The notes under the pieces: generated by a model | What the model saw: the letters and a program-made list of their open reading frames with translations, nothing else | What the model was told of the DNA's origin: nothing | Database searches by the model: none | Shown here: positions 30,236-40,912 of the stretch, one piece after another | Layout: every line of letters starts with the position of its first letter | How positions within the stretch are numbered: the stretch's first letter is position 1 | NCBI GenBank assembly: GCA_937872225.1 | Contig: CALMRZ010000017.1 | Coordinates: 30,325 to 94,324 of the forward strand | Direction: 5' to 3' | Source: an uncultured Spirochaetota bacterium | GTDB taxonomy: Bacteria; Spirochaetota; UBA4802; UBA5550 | Length of the DNA: 64,000 nt | Made by a program: the position numbers and the translations under genes

Positions 30236-31645
30236 TTATTTCCTCTTCTTTAATTTCCAGAAGTAGTACAGGAGCCCCGACGACATCAGAACGAGACCCA
30301 GCAATGAGGGAATCAGTGCGGTGATCAGGGTCACCACCAGATAAAAAGACAAAAGAATCAGCACTATGATAATACTGAAAGGATACAGCCATGCTTTGTA
30401 TGGCCGCGGCACGTCAGGATATCTCTTTCTGAAAATAACCAGCGAATATATGGTCATGATGTTGAAGATGGTCCCCGTGGCGGAAAAAAAGGCGATGATC
30501 GTTTCATATGACGCGCCTGACTTTATATCAAACAGAAGATACACCGCCAGCAGGGCGGCAAGGAGCACCGATGCCCACGCCGCCTGGGCCACCAGGGCGT
30601 TGTTCGGCGTCCGGTACTTTTCATGGAGTATCTCCAGCCTGTTGAAAAAAAGGTCATCGCGCGCCATCGCCTGCCAGGTCCTGGCCTTGCACAGGATCTG
30701 GGTGCTCACGTTGCCGAAGGTTGACAGCATAACGGCTATGGAAATAAGGATACCGCCCGCACCTCCGATGGCCGCTTTCATGGCGTCGGCGGCAATGCCG
30801 TGGGACGCGACGATGGTTTTGACCGGTAGCTGGTAGATATAGGCTGCGTTCGTCCCCAGAAAAAGGACCATGACACCCGTGATCCCCAGCAGCAGCGAAA
30901 GGGGAAGGTTCCTCCTGGGATTTTTTACCTCTTCGGCGATATAGGTGGCCCCCTCCCAGCCGCTGAAAGCAAAAAAGGCAAGTCTCAGCGCTGCTCCGAT
31001 GGCCAGGACGGTTGCCCATGAAAACTCTTCAGGAAGGAAGGGGCTGAAAAAGTGGCTGAAACTGCCGCCGCCTGAAAAGGATACGCCAATGATGATGCCG
31101 ATGGCTATTATCTTGACCGTGCTGAAGATGTTCTGGAAAACGCCGCTCACGAATACGCCGAACAGATTAACCGCCGTCAGTGTCCAAATGATGGCCAAAG
31201 CTATCATAATCTCGGTGACATGGTTAAAGGGCGTTTTAAAGAGGATCTTCCAGATCTCATTGAAATATTCCGCGAAAACGAGGGCCACCGCAGCAATGGA
31301 CCCGGTCTCAGACACAAAGAACATCGCCCAGCCCCTGAGGAATGCCCATACGGGTCCGTAAGCAGTCTTGAGATACACATAGGGCCCCCCCGAGCGCGGC
31401 ATCATGGCCACGAGTTCCGCGTAGCATACCGCGTGGAATATCGTTACAATGCCACCGAGTATCCATACCAAAGCGAAAAGAGATGTGCATGAAACCAGGG
31501 CCATGATCGGCCCGGGGGTCCTGAAAATGCCGGAACCTATGATCCGCCCCAGTACAACCGATGTGGATTCCACCAGGCCCAGGTCGCGATTGTAATCGGT
31601 GAATTCCTCAAACACGCAATCGTCGGAAAAACACTTCTGTTCCAT
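30236..31645 (-). CDS. APC-superfamily amino acid permease
   Basis: About 12 TM helices. 'GRIIGSGIF' and 'MPRSGGPYVY' motifs. Confidence 0.8.
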   Translation of the reverse strand: MEQKCFSDDCVFEEFTDYNRDLGLVESTSVVLGRIIGSGIFRTPGPIMALVSCTSLFALVWILGGIVTIFHAVCYAELVAMMPRSGGPYVYLKTAYGPVWAFLRGWAMFFVSETGSIAAVALVFAEYFNEIWKILFKTPFNHVTEIMIALAIIWTLTAVNLFGVFVSGVFQNIFSTVKIIAIGIIIGVSFSGGGSFSHFFSPFLPEEFSWATVLAIGAALRLAFFAFSGWEGATYIAEEVKNPRRNLPLSLLLGITGVMVLFLGTNAAYIYQLPVKTIVASHGIAADAMKAAIGGAGGILISIAVMLSTFGNVSTQILCKARTWQAMARDDLFFNRLEILHEKYRTPNNALVAQAAWASVLLAALLAVYLLFDIKSGASYETIIAFFSATGTIFNIMTIYSLVIFRKRYPDVPRPYKAWLYPFSIIIVLILLSFYLVVTLITALIPSLLGLVLMSSGLLYYFWKLKKRK

Positions 31646-31681
31646 CAGGGCATAATCCGTAATTCATGATCGGGAGAGAAT

Positions 31682-32188
31682 TTATTTTATTTTTACGGAA
31701 AGAATCTCACCGATAAACATCCGGTGATAATCCTGTTGAGGATAATTATCGGCGATCGAAGGATCGATAAAATTTTTTGGGTCAAGATCCTGATAATATA
31801 TGATTTTGCATTCAATCACCAGCCGGGCTTCGGAAAAATAGACGGCCCCGTTTCCGGTCTGGAGCGGCGTTATTCCGGTCTCTTTCGTTTTATTGACGTC
31901 CCGTCCGGACCTGGCTCCGCAAAACTTCAGCACGTCCCGGTATTTTTCGTGGAAGAATGAAAGGGTGAAGTGCCGGTTCTTTTCCAGGAAGGTAAAGGTG
32001 TACCGCTGCGGCCGAACGACAATATAGCAGACGTTTTTGTTCCATAGGACGCCCATGCCCCCCCATGAAGCGGTCATGGTATTGTATGCGTCGATGGTCC
32101 CGGCAGTGACAAGCATCCAGTCTTTTCCCAGGAGACTGAATACGTTTTCATTCATTTTTTCAGGCTGGATTTCAAAAAATTCATCCAT
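31682..32188 (-). CDS. Flavin reductase-like (flavoredoxin) domain protein
   Basis: 168 aa. 'MTASWGGMG' motif typical of the FMN-binding split-barrel flavin reductase family. Confidence 0.6.
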   Translation of the reverse strand: MDEFFEIQPEKMNENVFSLLGKDWMLVTAGTIDAYNTMTASWGGMGVLWNKNVCYIVVRPQRYTFTFLEKNRHFTLSFFHEKYRDVLKFCGARSGRDVNKTKETGITPLQTGNGAVYFSEARLVIECKIIYYQDLDPKNFIDPSIADNYPQQDYHRMFIGEILSVKIK

Positions 32189-32203
32189 ACTATTACCGCC
32201 TTA

Positions 32204-33070
32204 TTATGCCGTTAAAATCTCAACGCCGGTCTCCGTCACCAGCACCGTGTGCTCCCACTGGGCGGACAATTTCCCGTCAATGGTGACCGCGGTCCATGAA
32301 TCAGCCATGAGGCGCGTCTCGTATCTTCCCTGGTTTATCATCGGCTCTATGGTAAAGACCATGCCGGGCTGCAGGATAAAGCCCCGTTTCCGGCTCCCGT
32401 AATGATGGACATGGGGTTCCTCGTGGAATTTGATGCCTATGCCATGGCCACCATAGTCCCGGACCACCGAAAAGCCGTTCTTGACAGCATGCTGCTCAAT
32501 GGCATATCCTATCTCGCCGATATCATGATACGGCTTCACCTGTTCAATGCCGATGTAAAGGCATTCCCTGGCGACCTTGACCAGGCGCCGGGCCTCTTCC
32601 GAGGCATTGCCGATGATGAACATCCGTCCGGCATCGCCAAAATATCCGTCCAGGATCGTCGTTACATCGACATTTACTATATCGCCGTCCCTGAGCACGG
32701 TAGAGTCCGGGATGCCGTGGCATATGACGTTGTTGTTCGACACGCATACGCTCTTTGGAAAACCATTGTAATTGAGCGGAGCCGGGGTAGCGCCATGCTT
32801 TATGGTATAGTCATGAACCAGATCGTTGATGCTGTCAGTGGTGATGCCGGCCCTGATATGACCGGTTACCATATCCAGTATTTCTTTGGTCAGCTTACAG
32901 CTTTTCCGTATGCCGTCGATCTGCTTTTCAGTCTTGATAATAACGCCCGGCGGCACATGGATCTGTTCCTTTTGTACGACGCCGCTGACACTATCAGAAT
33001 CGAGGTGGCATTTTTTATATTTTTTCCCGCTTCCGCACCAGCACAGATCATTTCGGGCAAGCTTTCTCAT
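32204..33070 (-). CDS. map: Type I methionine aminopeptidase with N-terminal SEC-C zinc motif
   Basis: 'CWCGSGKKYKKCH' SEC-C motif. Metal ligands in 'DIVNVDVT', 'GHGIG', 'FTIEPM' and 'SAQWEHT'. Confidence 0.9.
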   Translation of the reverse strand: MRKLARNDLCWCGSGKKYKKCHLDSDSVSGVVQKEQIHVPPGVIIKTEKQIDGIRKSCKLTKEILDMVTGHIRAGITTDSINDLVHDYTIKHGATPAPLNYNGFPKSVCVSNNNVICHGIPDSTVLRDGDIVNVDVTTILDGYFGDAGRMFIIGNASEEARRLVKVARECLYIGIEQVKPYHDIGEIGYAIEQHAVKNGFSVVRDYGGHGIGIKFHEEPHVHHYGSRKRGFILQPGMVFTIEPMINQGRYETRLMADSWTAVTIDGKLSAQWEHTVLVTETGVEILTA

Positions 33071-33327
33071 TTCCTAATCCGTAACCGCACTTCAAATATT
33101 CTCAATAATCAGTATTTATCCATTTAGCTATATGTCAAGAATATATATAATATAATATGATGCCCCGATCGCATCTTTGTTGCACAACCCATAGCGGCAA
33201 TCAAGAATACGATTTATCCTTGGTCCGCGTCCATCTTTCTTATTATAAACATTAATGTGAATTTGGCATCATGTCAACTGCAGTATTCACGTTATGAAAT
33301 TTGACCGGAAATGTAGAGGCACTATAT

Positions 33328-33360
33328 AAAAAAAGGTGATCCCACACGGAATCACCTTTT
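33328..33360 (-). terminator. Rho-independent terminator after the tRNA pair
   Basis: Perfect 10-bp stem AAAAGGTGAT/ATCACCTTTT with a 10-nt loop, followed on the minus strand by a T-run. Confidence 0.5.
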
Positions 33361-33367
33361 TGTGATG

Positions 33368-33440
<73 letters not shown>

Positions 33441-33464
33441 ATGGTCAGACATTAGATAAAATAT

Positions 33465-33537
33465 TGAGACGCCCGAGAATTGAACTCGGGACCCACTGCT
33501 TAAAAGGCAGTTGCTCTACCGACTGAGCTAGCGTCTC
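33465..33537 (-). tRNA. tRNA-Lys (anticodon UUU)
   Basis: The reverse complement is GAGACGCUAGCUCAGUCGGUAGAGCAACUGCCUUUUAAGCAGUGGGUCCCGAGUUCAAUUCUCGGGCGUCUCA. Anticodon stem ACUGC/GCAGU, loop CUUUUAA. Confidence 0.9.
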
Positions 33538-33552
33538 AAAATGTAAAAATAC

Positions 33553-33581
33553 CTGATACTGAAATGCCCTGTTACTGTCAA
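33553..33581 (-). promoter_or_regulatory. Candidate sigma70-type promoter for the tRNA-Lys/tRNA-Glu unit
   Basis: Minus-strand TTGACA, 17 nt spacer, TATCAG, about 15 nt upstream of the tRNA-Lys 5' end. Confidence 0.3.
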
Positions 33582-33708
33582 TAATAATTAACAAATTTAA
33601 TAAAAAAAACAAAAATTACCGAACTCCTGTAGCAACTTACAGCCGGCCGGAGAACCCTGATGCAGAAAGAGCACCTTTCTATCTTTCAGAAGATGCTCGT
33701 GGCGCTTT

Positions 33709-35013
<1,305 letters not shown>

Positions 35014-35408
35014 TTATTTGGTTAATAAATGCATGTACGATGCAGGAAACCATCTAGCATGCTTTTGGCAGAAGTTCTTCATATCGGTTTGATTTTCCAA
35101 CCGCCAAAAATAGACTGACATGATAAAATATCATAAATAAAAATAACAAGCCTTTTTCATGGCATAAGCATATTATTAATCCATATAATTGTGTAAAAAG
35201 AAGGGGCGGCCGCTACTCAATCCGACCCCGGATTGTTATGCATTATGTCTCAATTAGGCCCGTTTCACCGGAGTCGCTTTTAAGCAGAGATACAGCCCGC
35301 CATCTTTCGCTGAAAAATCTCTGCTGAAAAGTGCTTAACTATTGCTCCTCACATGCCGATGGTAAGAACAAGGCATATATGCCCTGAAAGGGCAGAACGG
35401 AAAAAAGG

Positions 35409-36281
35409 ATGTTTACCGTGTCTAACAGGGATGTTATTCTGCAGATATCCATTGCTGCGATTTTTTGCATTTCCATAGTTTCCCATGCACATGATTCTCT
35501 GGCAGAAGGGAGAATAGCAGGAGAATCAGATACCTGCTACACGAATACTAATGAGACATATGATTCCTATGAGAACTATCTCCCTGCGGCCAAGCGCAAT
35601 ACCGCAACCCGCAGCGGAATAAAGCAAAAAAAGGTTATCAATCAGAAACGACCTGTACAGAGCATCAAACATTCCTCGGTTAAAAATTATAAAAGAAAAA
35701 CCAATACCCGCTATACGGTACGCAAAGGCGACACTCTGACAAGTATCGCAAAAAAAAATAACGTCACCATATCATCACTGCAGTCTTTGAATAAACTTTC
35801 CAATCAAAATCGCCTGAAAAAAGGCATGATTTTGAAAATACCTTCCCGGCAGGCTTCTCCAGCCCTGTCCGGGAATGCTGAAAAAAAATCAGCGCAGACC
35901 GCACCCCTGCCGGGCAGCCCCAAGTTCCAATGGCCCATCAAAAACATCATTGATTATCGCAATGATGGATTAAACGGAGTCAAATCCATTGGCATTATTA
36001 TAACCGGTAAACCCGGATCAACAGTCCTTTCTTCAGCATCGGGAAAGGTAAGAAAAATCGGCAGGATGAGAGGATTCGGCAATTATGTCGTCATTACTCA
36101 TTCAGGGAGATACTCCACCGTTTATTCAAATTTAGACATGATCCTGGTCTCGCCGGGAGACACCGTCCCTGGAGGGAACGCCATCGGAAGGATGAGTTCA
36201 ACTGAACAGAAGATCCATTTCCAGATTGACCGGGAAGGAAAACCTGAAGACCCGTTGCAGTATCTCCCGAAAAAATCATAA
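35409..36281 (+). CDS. NlpD-like LysM + degenerate LytM (M23) domain protein
   Basis: Signal-anchor N-terminus. LysM 'YTVRKGDTLTSIAKKNNVTISSLQSLN'. M23-like 'GFGNYVVITHSGRYSTVYSNL' but lacking HxxxD and with KIH in place of HxH. Confidence 0.75.
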   Translation: MFTVSNRDVILQISIAAIFCISIVSHAHDSLAEGRIAGESDTCYTNTNETYDSYENYLPAAKRNTATRSGIKQKKVINQKRPVQSIKHSSVKNYKRKTNTRYTVRKGDTLTSIAKKNNVTISSLQSLNKLSNQNRLKKGMILKIPSRQASPALSGNAEKKSAQTAPLPGSPKFQWPIKNIIDYRNDGLNGVKSIGIIITGKPGSTVLSSASGKVRKIGRMRGFGNYVVITHSGRYSTVYSNLDMILVSPGDTVPGGNAIGRMSSTEQKIHFQIDREGKPEDPLQYLPKKS

Positions 36282-36364
36282 TTTTTCTGAAAAAAATATT
36301 TTCCTGCATAATTTATTGACGAACACGCCGTTTAACAGTACTTTTTTTCCATGGAGAAGCGCCT

Positions 36365-36646
36365 ATGGAACCGAAAAAAATTTCGATAAAAGACCTAACT
36401 TCTGTTTACCGGGAACTGCAAAAAGGATCTGAAACCGCCATTGGCAATTATCTGTTCAAGGGCCTCAGGATCCAGGTGAGCAAATACAAATCGTCCGGGA
36501 CCGAGCGCTACATGAGGCTGTACAATAAAAGAAGGAATGACGGTTTATGCATACGGTGCGGCAACAAAGTGACCAAGAGTAACCCCCATACCGGCAAACT
36601 GTACCGGCTCTGCGAATATCACCGCGACATAACTGACCGCAAATAA
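36365..36646 (+). CDS. Small hypothetical protein with C-terminal CxxC...CxxH zinc-ribbon-like motif
   Basis: GGAGA SD. 'CIRCGNKV...LCEYH'. No family recognised. Confidence 0.4.
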   Translation: MEPKKISIKDLTSVYRELQKGSETAIGNYLFKGLRIQVSKYKSSGTERYMRLYNKRRNDGLCIRCGNKVTKSNPHTGKLYRLCEYHRDITDRK

Positions 36647-36703
36647 CAGGACGGCTGCAGCAGTTCCATCTCGCATCACAACTGTTTGTAACCAGAATTA
36701 TGC

Positions 36704-37204
36704 TTATTCTCGCTGAACGGAAATAATGACTACGGGTTCAACGGGAACGTCACGATACATGCCGATTGTTTGTGTCCTCACCTGCCGGATCTTATCAACC
36801 ACGTCCATGCCTTTAACCACCCTGCCGAAAACGCAATACCCGTAACCCTTGCTTCCGTAATCAAGGCCGTGATTATCCGTAATATTGATAAAGAATTGAG
36901 ACGTGGCGCTGTGTATATCATGGGTCCTGGCCATGGCGATGGTGCCGCGCATGTTGCGCACGCCGTTGTTCGATTCATTCATCATGGGGGATTCCGTGTC
37001 CTTTTCGGTCATGTCCGGTGTGAACCCACCGCCCTGAATTATAAAATTGGGAATCACGCGATGAAACATTGTGCCGTTATAAAATTTTTTATCGGTATAC
37101 TGCAGAAAATTGCGCACCGTTTTCGGGGAACTGCGGTCGAAGAGCTCAATATGAATATCACCCAGTGTTGTCTTCATGATGACTCCGGTGTTTTTTTTTT
37201 GCAT
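36704..37204 (-). CDS. Cyclophilin-type peptidyl-prolyl cis-trans isomerase
   Basis: 'GDIHIELF', 'FHRVIPNFIIQGGG' and 'GTIAMAR...SQFFIN'. The functional start may be the ATG at 37177 (GGAG 5 nt upstream) or a frameshift fusion to the upstream signal peptide. Confidence 0.85.
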   Translation of the reverse strand: MQKKNTGVIMKTTLGDIHIELFDRSSPKTVRNFLQYTDKKFYNGTMFHRVIPNFIIQGGGFTPDMTEKDTESPMMNESNNGVRNMRGTIAMARTHDIHSATSQFFINITDNHGLDYGSKGYGYCVFGRVVKGMDVVDKIRQVRTQTIGMYRDVPVEPVVIISVQRE

Positions 37205-37260
37205 CCGATGACTGCAACCATCAGCATAACCGCCGCCACAATCAGAATTATCTTCTGCAT
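37174..37260 (-). other. Out-of-frame lipoprotein signal-peptide ORF ending after an A10 tract (MQKIILIVAAVMLMVAVIGC-KKKTPESS*)
   Basis: Strong SD GAAGGGGGGA. Classic n-h-c signal with Cys at +1. Frame offset by 1 nt from the cyclophilin ORF at the homopolymer 37191-37200. Confidence 0.5.
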
Positions 37261-37297
37261 GGAATCCCCCCTTCTCGGTGAAAGCTAGTTCCCGACG

Positions 37298-38158
37298 TTA
37301 ATCAAAATCCATGGATAGATCGAAAGCCGCCACTGAATGAGTGAGGGATCCCATGGATATATAATCAACATCAAGGCCGACAATTTCTTTAATTCTCTTC
37401 TCATCCATGTTCCCCGATACCTCAATCCGTGCCCGCTTCCCGATCAGCTCCACCGCCTTTTTCATCATTGCCGTATCCATATTGTCCAGCATGATAATAT
37501 CGGCGCCGCATGCAACGGCTTCCGATACGTTTCCGAGATCTTCCGCTTCAACTTCAACGGTGTACTTAGTCCCGTACCGTTCCCGCACCAGTTGCACCGC
37601 CCGGGCTATGCTTCCGGCCGCCCGTATATGGTTGTCCTTGATCATGACCATGTCATAGAGCCCCATCCGATGGTTGGTTCCCCCGCCTGTCTTTACCGCG
37701 TATTTATCAAGCCTGCGAAAGCCGGGAAGGGTCTTGCGTGTATCCAGGAGTTGTATATTCGTCCCCCGGAGCATTGAAACAACAGACGCCGTGCGCGTTG
37801 CGATGGCGGTCATGCGCTGAATGAAATTCAGGGTAATTCTTTCTCCGGACAAAATGCCCACGGTTGGGCCGTCCACTGCGATGACCTTGTCATTTGCCGC
37901 TATTGCCTCCCCGTCCCTGACCAGTTGCGTCACTGAAACGGCCGGATCAATAATCCCGTACACGATCCGCGCAATGTCACCTCCGCAAAAAATTCCCTGC
38001 TGCTTGGCGACAATGACGCCCTTTGAGGCATCGCCCTCCCTGAAAATCGCCCTGGAGGTTATATCACCCTCCCCGATGTCTTCGCTGATAGCAAGCCCTA
38101 TCAGCGTCTCAATATCCTTCCGTTGTATGCCGTCATTCATGATCAGATACCTGCCCAT
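37298..38158 (-). CDS. nadC: Nicotinate-nucleotide pyrophosphorylase (quinolinate phosphoribosyltransferase)
   Basis: 'EDIGEGDITS', 'LDTRKTLPGFR', 'HRMGLYDMVMIKDNH' and 'IMLDNM'. Confidence 0.9.
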   Translation of the reverse strand: MGRYLIMNDGIQRKDIETLIGLAISEDIGEGDITSRAIFREGDASKGVIVAKQQGIFCGGDIARIVYGIIDPAVSVTQLVRDGEAIAANDKVIAVDGPTVGILSGERITLNFIQRMTAIATRTASVVSMLRGTNIQLLDTRKTLPGFRRLDKYAVKTGGGTNHRMGLYDMVMIKDNHIRAAGSIARAVQLVRERYGTKYTVEVEAEDLGNVSEAVACGADIIMLDNMDTAMMKKAVELIGKRARIEVSGNMDEKRIKEIVGLDVDYISMGSLTHSVAAFDLSMDFD

Positions 38159-38182
38159 TTTGACATTGGATGCGCTTTTTCC

Positions 38183-40192
38183 CTATTCATCAACCTTTTC
38201 CAGGAGTTCGATCTTCTTTTCAATTTCGAGCATCTGGTCCCGCAGCACCGCCGCTTTTTCGAACTCAAGATTATCGGCGGCGGCAAGCATCTCTTCGCGG
38301 ATGGAATCCCGCGCTCCCTTGAGCTTGGTGACATCGTTGGTCTGATAGACCGTCCCGTATTCAGCGACCATGTCCGCATACCGGCTTTCATCATGGTATT
38401 CGCGTTCGATGATGTCCACGATGTCCTTGGATATGCTTTCAGGCGTTATGTTATGCTCCCGGTTGTACTGTTCCTGGATGCTTCTCCTCCGGTTTGTCTC
38501 ATCGATGGTCTGGCGCATGGATTCCGTCACCGTATCGGCATAGAGGAGCACCGTGCCGTTGATGTTCCGCGCCGCGCGGCCGGCGGTCTGGATAAGGGAA
38601 CGGGTTGAGCGGAGAAACCCCTCCTTGTCAGCGTCGAGGATCGCCACCAGGGACACTTCCGGGAGGTCCAGCCCTTCCCGGAGGAGATTGATACCCACCA
38701 GGCAGTCGAACTCGCCGATGCGGAGGTCCCGTATAATTTCCACGCGCTCTATGGTATTGATTTCCGAATGGAGGTATTTTGCCCTGATCCCGACCTCCTC
38801 GAAATACTTCGTCAGGTCTTCCGCCATTTTTTTCGTGAGGGTCGTCACCAAGACCCTCTCGTTTCTCCTCGCCCTCGTGTTGATCTCGCCTATCAGATCG
38901 TCAACCTGGTTCACTGCGGGCCTAATTTCTATCACCGGATCGACGAGTCCGGTTGGACGGATGACCTGCTCCACCACGTTGCTGCTCTTTCCCAATTCAT
39001 ACTCTGCCGGTGTGGCCGATACGAACACGACCTGGTTTATCATTTTCTCAAACTCCTCAAAGTACAGCGGTCTGTTGTCAAGGGCGGACGGCAGCCTGAA
39101 CCCGTATTCCACCAGGTTTGTCTTTCGCGCGCGGTCCCCCTCGTACATACCCCTGACCTGGGGGACCGTGACATGGGACTCGTCTATGAACATAAGGTAA
39201 TTGCCCCGGAAGTAATCAAGGAGACAGGAAGGCCGCTCCCCTGCCCTGCGCCGGGAGATGATCCGGGAATAATTTTCAATGCCGCTGCAGTACCCCATCT
39301 CGGCGAGCATTTCCATGTCATATCGTGTCTTGCTCTCCAGACGCTGGGCCTCAACGAGCTTGTTCTGCTTTTTGAAGACATCCAGTCTCTGCATCAGTTC
39401 CTCTTCAATGAGACGGATCGTCTCCTTCATCTCGTCCATGGATGACACGAAATGCTTGGCAGGGTAAATATAACACTCCTTCACTTTTCCCGTGGCATTG
39501 CCGGTTGTGGGGTTGATACGCGAGATGCCGTCGATCTGGTCGCCGAAGAACTCTATGCGGTACGCCTCCCTCTGCAGATACGCGGGGAACACCTCCACCA
39601 CGTCGCCCCGCGCCCTGAAGGTGCCCCTGATGAAGGATATATTGTTACGATCGTAGTATATGGAAACCAGGCGCCTGAGGAGGTCATCGCGCTCCATTTC
39701 ATCGCCGACGTGGAGCCGTATATGGGACCGGTCGAATTCCTCCGGAGTTCCCAGTCCGTAGATGCACGATACCGAGGAAACCACTATGACATCCCTGCGC
39801 TCCAAGATTGAAGAGGTGGCCTTGAGGCGGAGCCGGTCGATCTCGTCATTTATGGAGGCGTCCTTTTCTATGTACAGGTCAGAAGAGACGACATAGGCTT
39901 CGGGCTGGTAATAATCATAATATGATACGAAATACTCAACGGCATTTTCAGGGAAAAAAGCCGAAAATTCGCGGTACAGCTGTGCCGCCAGGGTTTTGTT
40001 GTGGGTCAGGACCAGGGTCGGCTTCCTGACCGCCTCTATGACCTTTGCCATGGTAAAGGTCTTGCCTGAACCGGTGACGCCGAGAAGTGTCTGGAATTTT
40101 TCCCCTTTTTTAATGCCTTCGATGAGGCTATTAATGGCCCGTTCCTGGTCACCCGAAGGCTGGAACCTTGATATCACTTTAAATTCCGCCAT
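38183..40192 (-). CDS. uvrB: Excinuclease ABC subunit B
   Basis: 'GDQERAI', Walker A 'GVTGSGKTF', 'DESH', beta-hairpin region, helicase motifs, and C-terminal UVR domain '[12 protein letters not shown]'. Start at the ATG at 40192. Confidence 0.95.
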   Translation of the reverse strand: MAEFKVISRFQPSGDQERAINSLIEGIKKGEKFQTLLGVTGSGKTFTMAKVIEAVRKPTLVLTHNKTLAAQLYREFSAFFPENAVEYFVSYYDYYQPEAYVVSSDLYIEKDASINDEIDRLRLKATSSILERRDVIVVSSVSCIYGLGTPEEFDRSHIRLHVGDEMERDDLLRRLVSIYYDRNNISFIRGTFRARGDVVEVFPAYLQREAYRIEFFGDQIDGISRINPTTGNATGKVKECYIYPAKHFVSSMDEMKETIRLIEEELMQRLDVFKKQNKLVEAQRLESKTRYDMEMLAEMGYCSGIENYSRIISRRRAGERPSCLLDYFRGNYLMFIDESHVTVPQVRGMYEGDRARKTNLVEYGFRLPSALDNRPLYFEEFEKMINQVVFVSATPAEYELGKSSNVVEQVIRPTGLVDPVIEIRPAVNQVDDLIGEINTRARRNERVLVTTLTKKMAEDLTKYFEEVGIRAKYLHSEINTIERVEIIRDLRIGEFDCLVGINLLREGLDLPEVSLVAILDADKEGFLRSTRSLIQTAGRAARNINGTVLLYADTVTESMRQTIDETNRRRSIQEQYNREHNITPESISKDIVDIIEREYHDESRYADMVAEYGTVYQTNDVTKLKGARDSIREEMLAAADNLEFEKAAVLRDQMLEIEKKIELLEKVDE

Positions 40193-40230
40193 GATCACCC
40201 TTCTTCAAAAAAATCGCCATAACCATTGTC

Positions 40231-40830
40231 TTAGCCGCAATCAATAACGTACTGCTCTTCCGTCGCCCCGATATTGTTTATCGAAATAAAGGGTTTTTCA
40301 ATCATTATTCCCTGAACGACACTCTGGAAACGGGAAAGCAGGTCAAAGCCCTTCTTTTCCTCGTTGTACCGTGCCAGTGCGGTGGAGGTGCTGTGAAGCA
40401 GGGACGATACCAGTCCTATGACCCCGTCCAGATCAGGTACTTCTTTTGATGGCGCCGGTCCCTCACTGAAAAAAGCATGGGCGTCGCTGTTGATGCTGTT
40501 CAACCTGTTGCGGTTCCGGTTGAGACAGTATACCGTCGGCCGGATAGTTCCATAGTTTGAAAAGGTTTTCAGCACAATGTTATTAAGCCTAGTCAGGTCA
40601 TCATTTTCCCTGTCAACCTGCCCCGCAATAAAATCATCCACCTGTGTGCCGGTGATCTCGTGAAAGATCTGCACCGCAGTTTCATAGGCCAGGTCCATCT
40701 CATTCTTTGCCGCGTCGATGGTAGAGAGAACAAACGTGAAATATCCTATGAAAAGGTCAAAAATAACGAAATAAATCGTGATTTTTCCCCTCAATGAAAA
40801 ACGGAGATACGTACCGATCATTTTTTTCAT
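40231..40830 (-). CDS. Hypothetical membrane-anchored protein
   Basis: One N-terminal TM helix (ITIYFVIFDLFIGYFTFVLSTI) followed by a ~150 aa soluble domain. No motif recognised. Confidence 0.45.
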   Translation of the reverse strand: MKKMIGTYLRFSLRGKITIYFVIFDLFIGYFTFVLSTIDAAKNEMDLAYETAVQIFHEITGTQVDDFIAGQVDRENDDLTRLNNIVLKTFSNYGTIRPTVYCLNRNRNRLNSINSDAHAFFSEGPAPSKEVPDLDGVIGLVSSLLHSTSTALARYNEEKKGFDLLSRFQSVVQGIMIEKPFISINNIGATEEQYVIDCG

Positions 40831-40912
40831 ATTTTAATCTGTGATATGGGAATTAACGCAACAGCTGCCGCTTCATCATGAGAAAAATACCGCGGTTACT
40901 GATCCTGCCCTT

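Noticed and set aside
38553-39811. Plus-strand ORFs (215, 225, 119 aa) inside uvrB, and 37821..38608 ORFs across nadC/uvrB
   Set aside because: They are antisense to confidently identified genes, with low-complexity translations.
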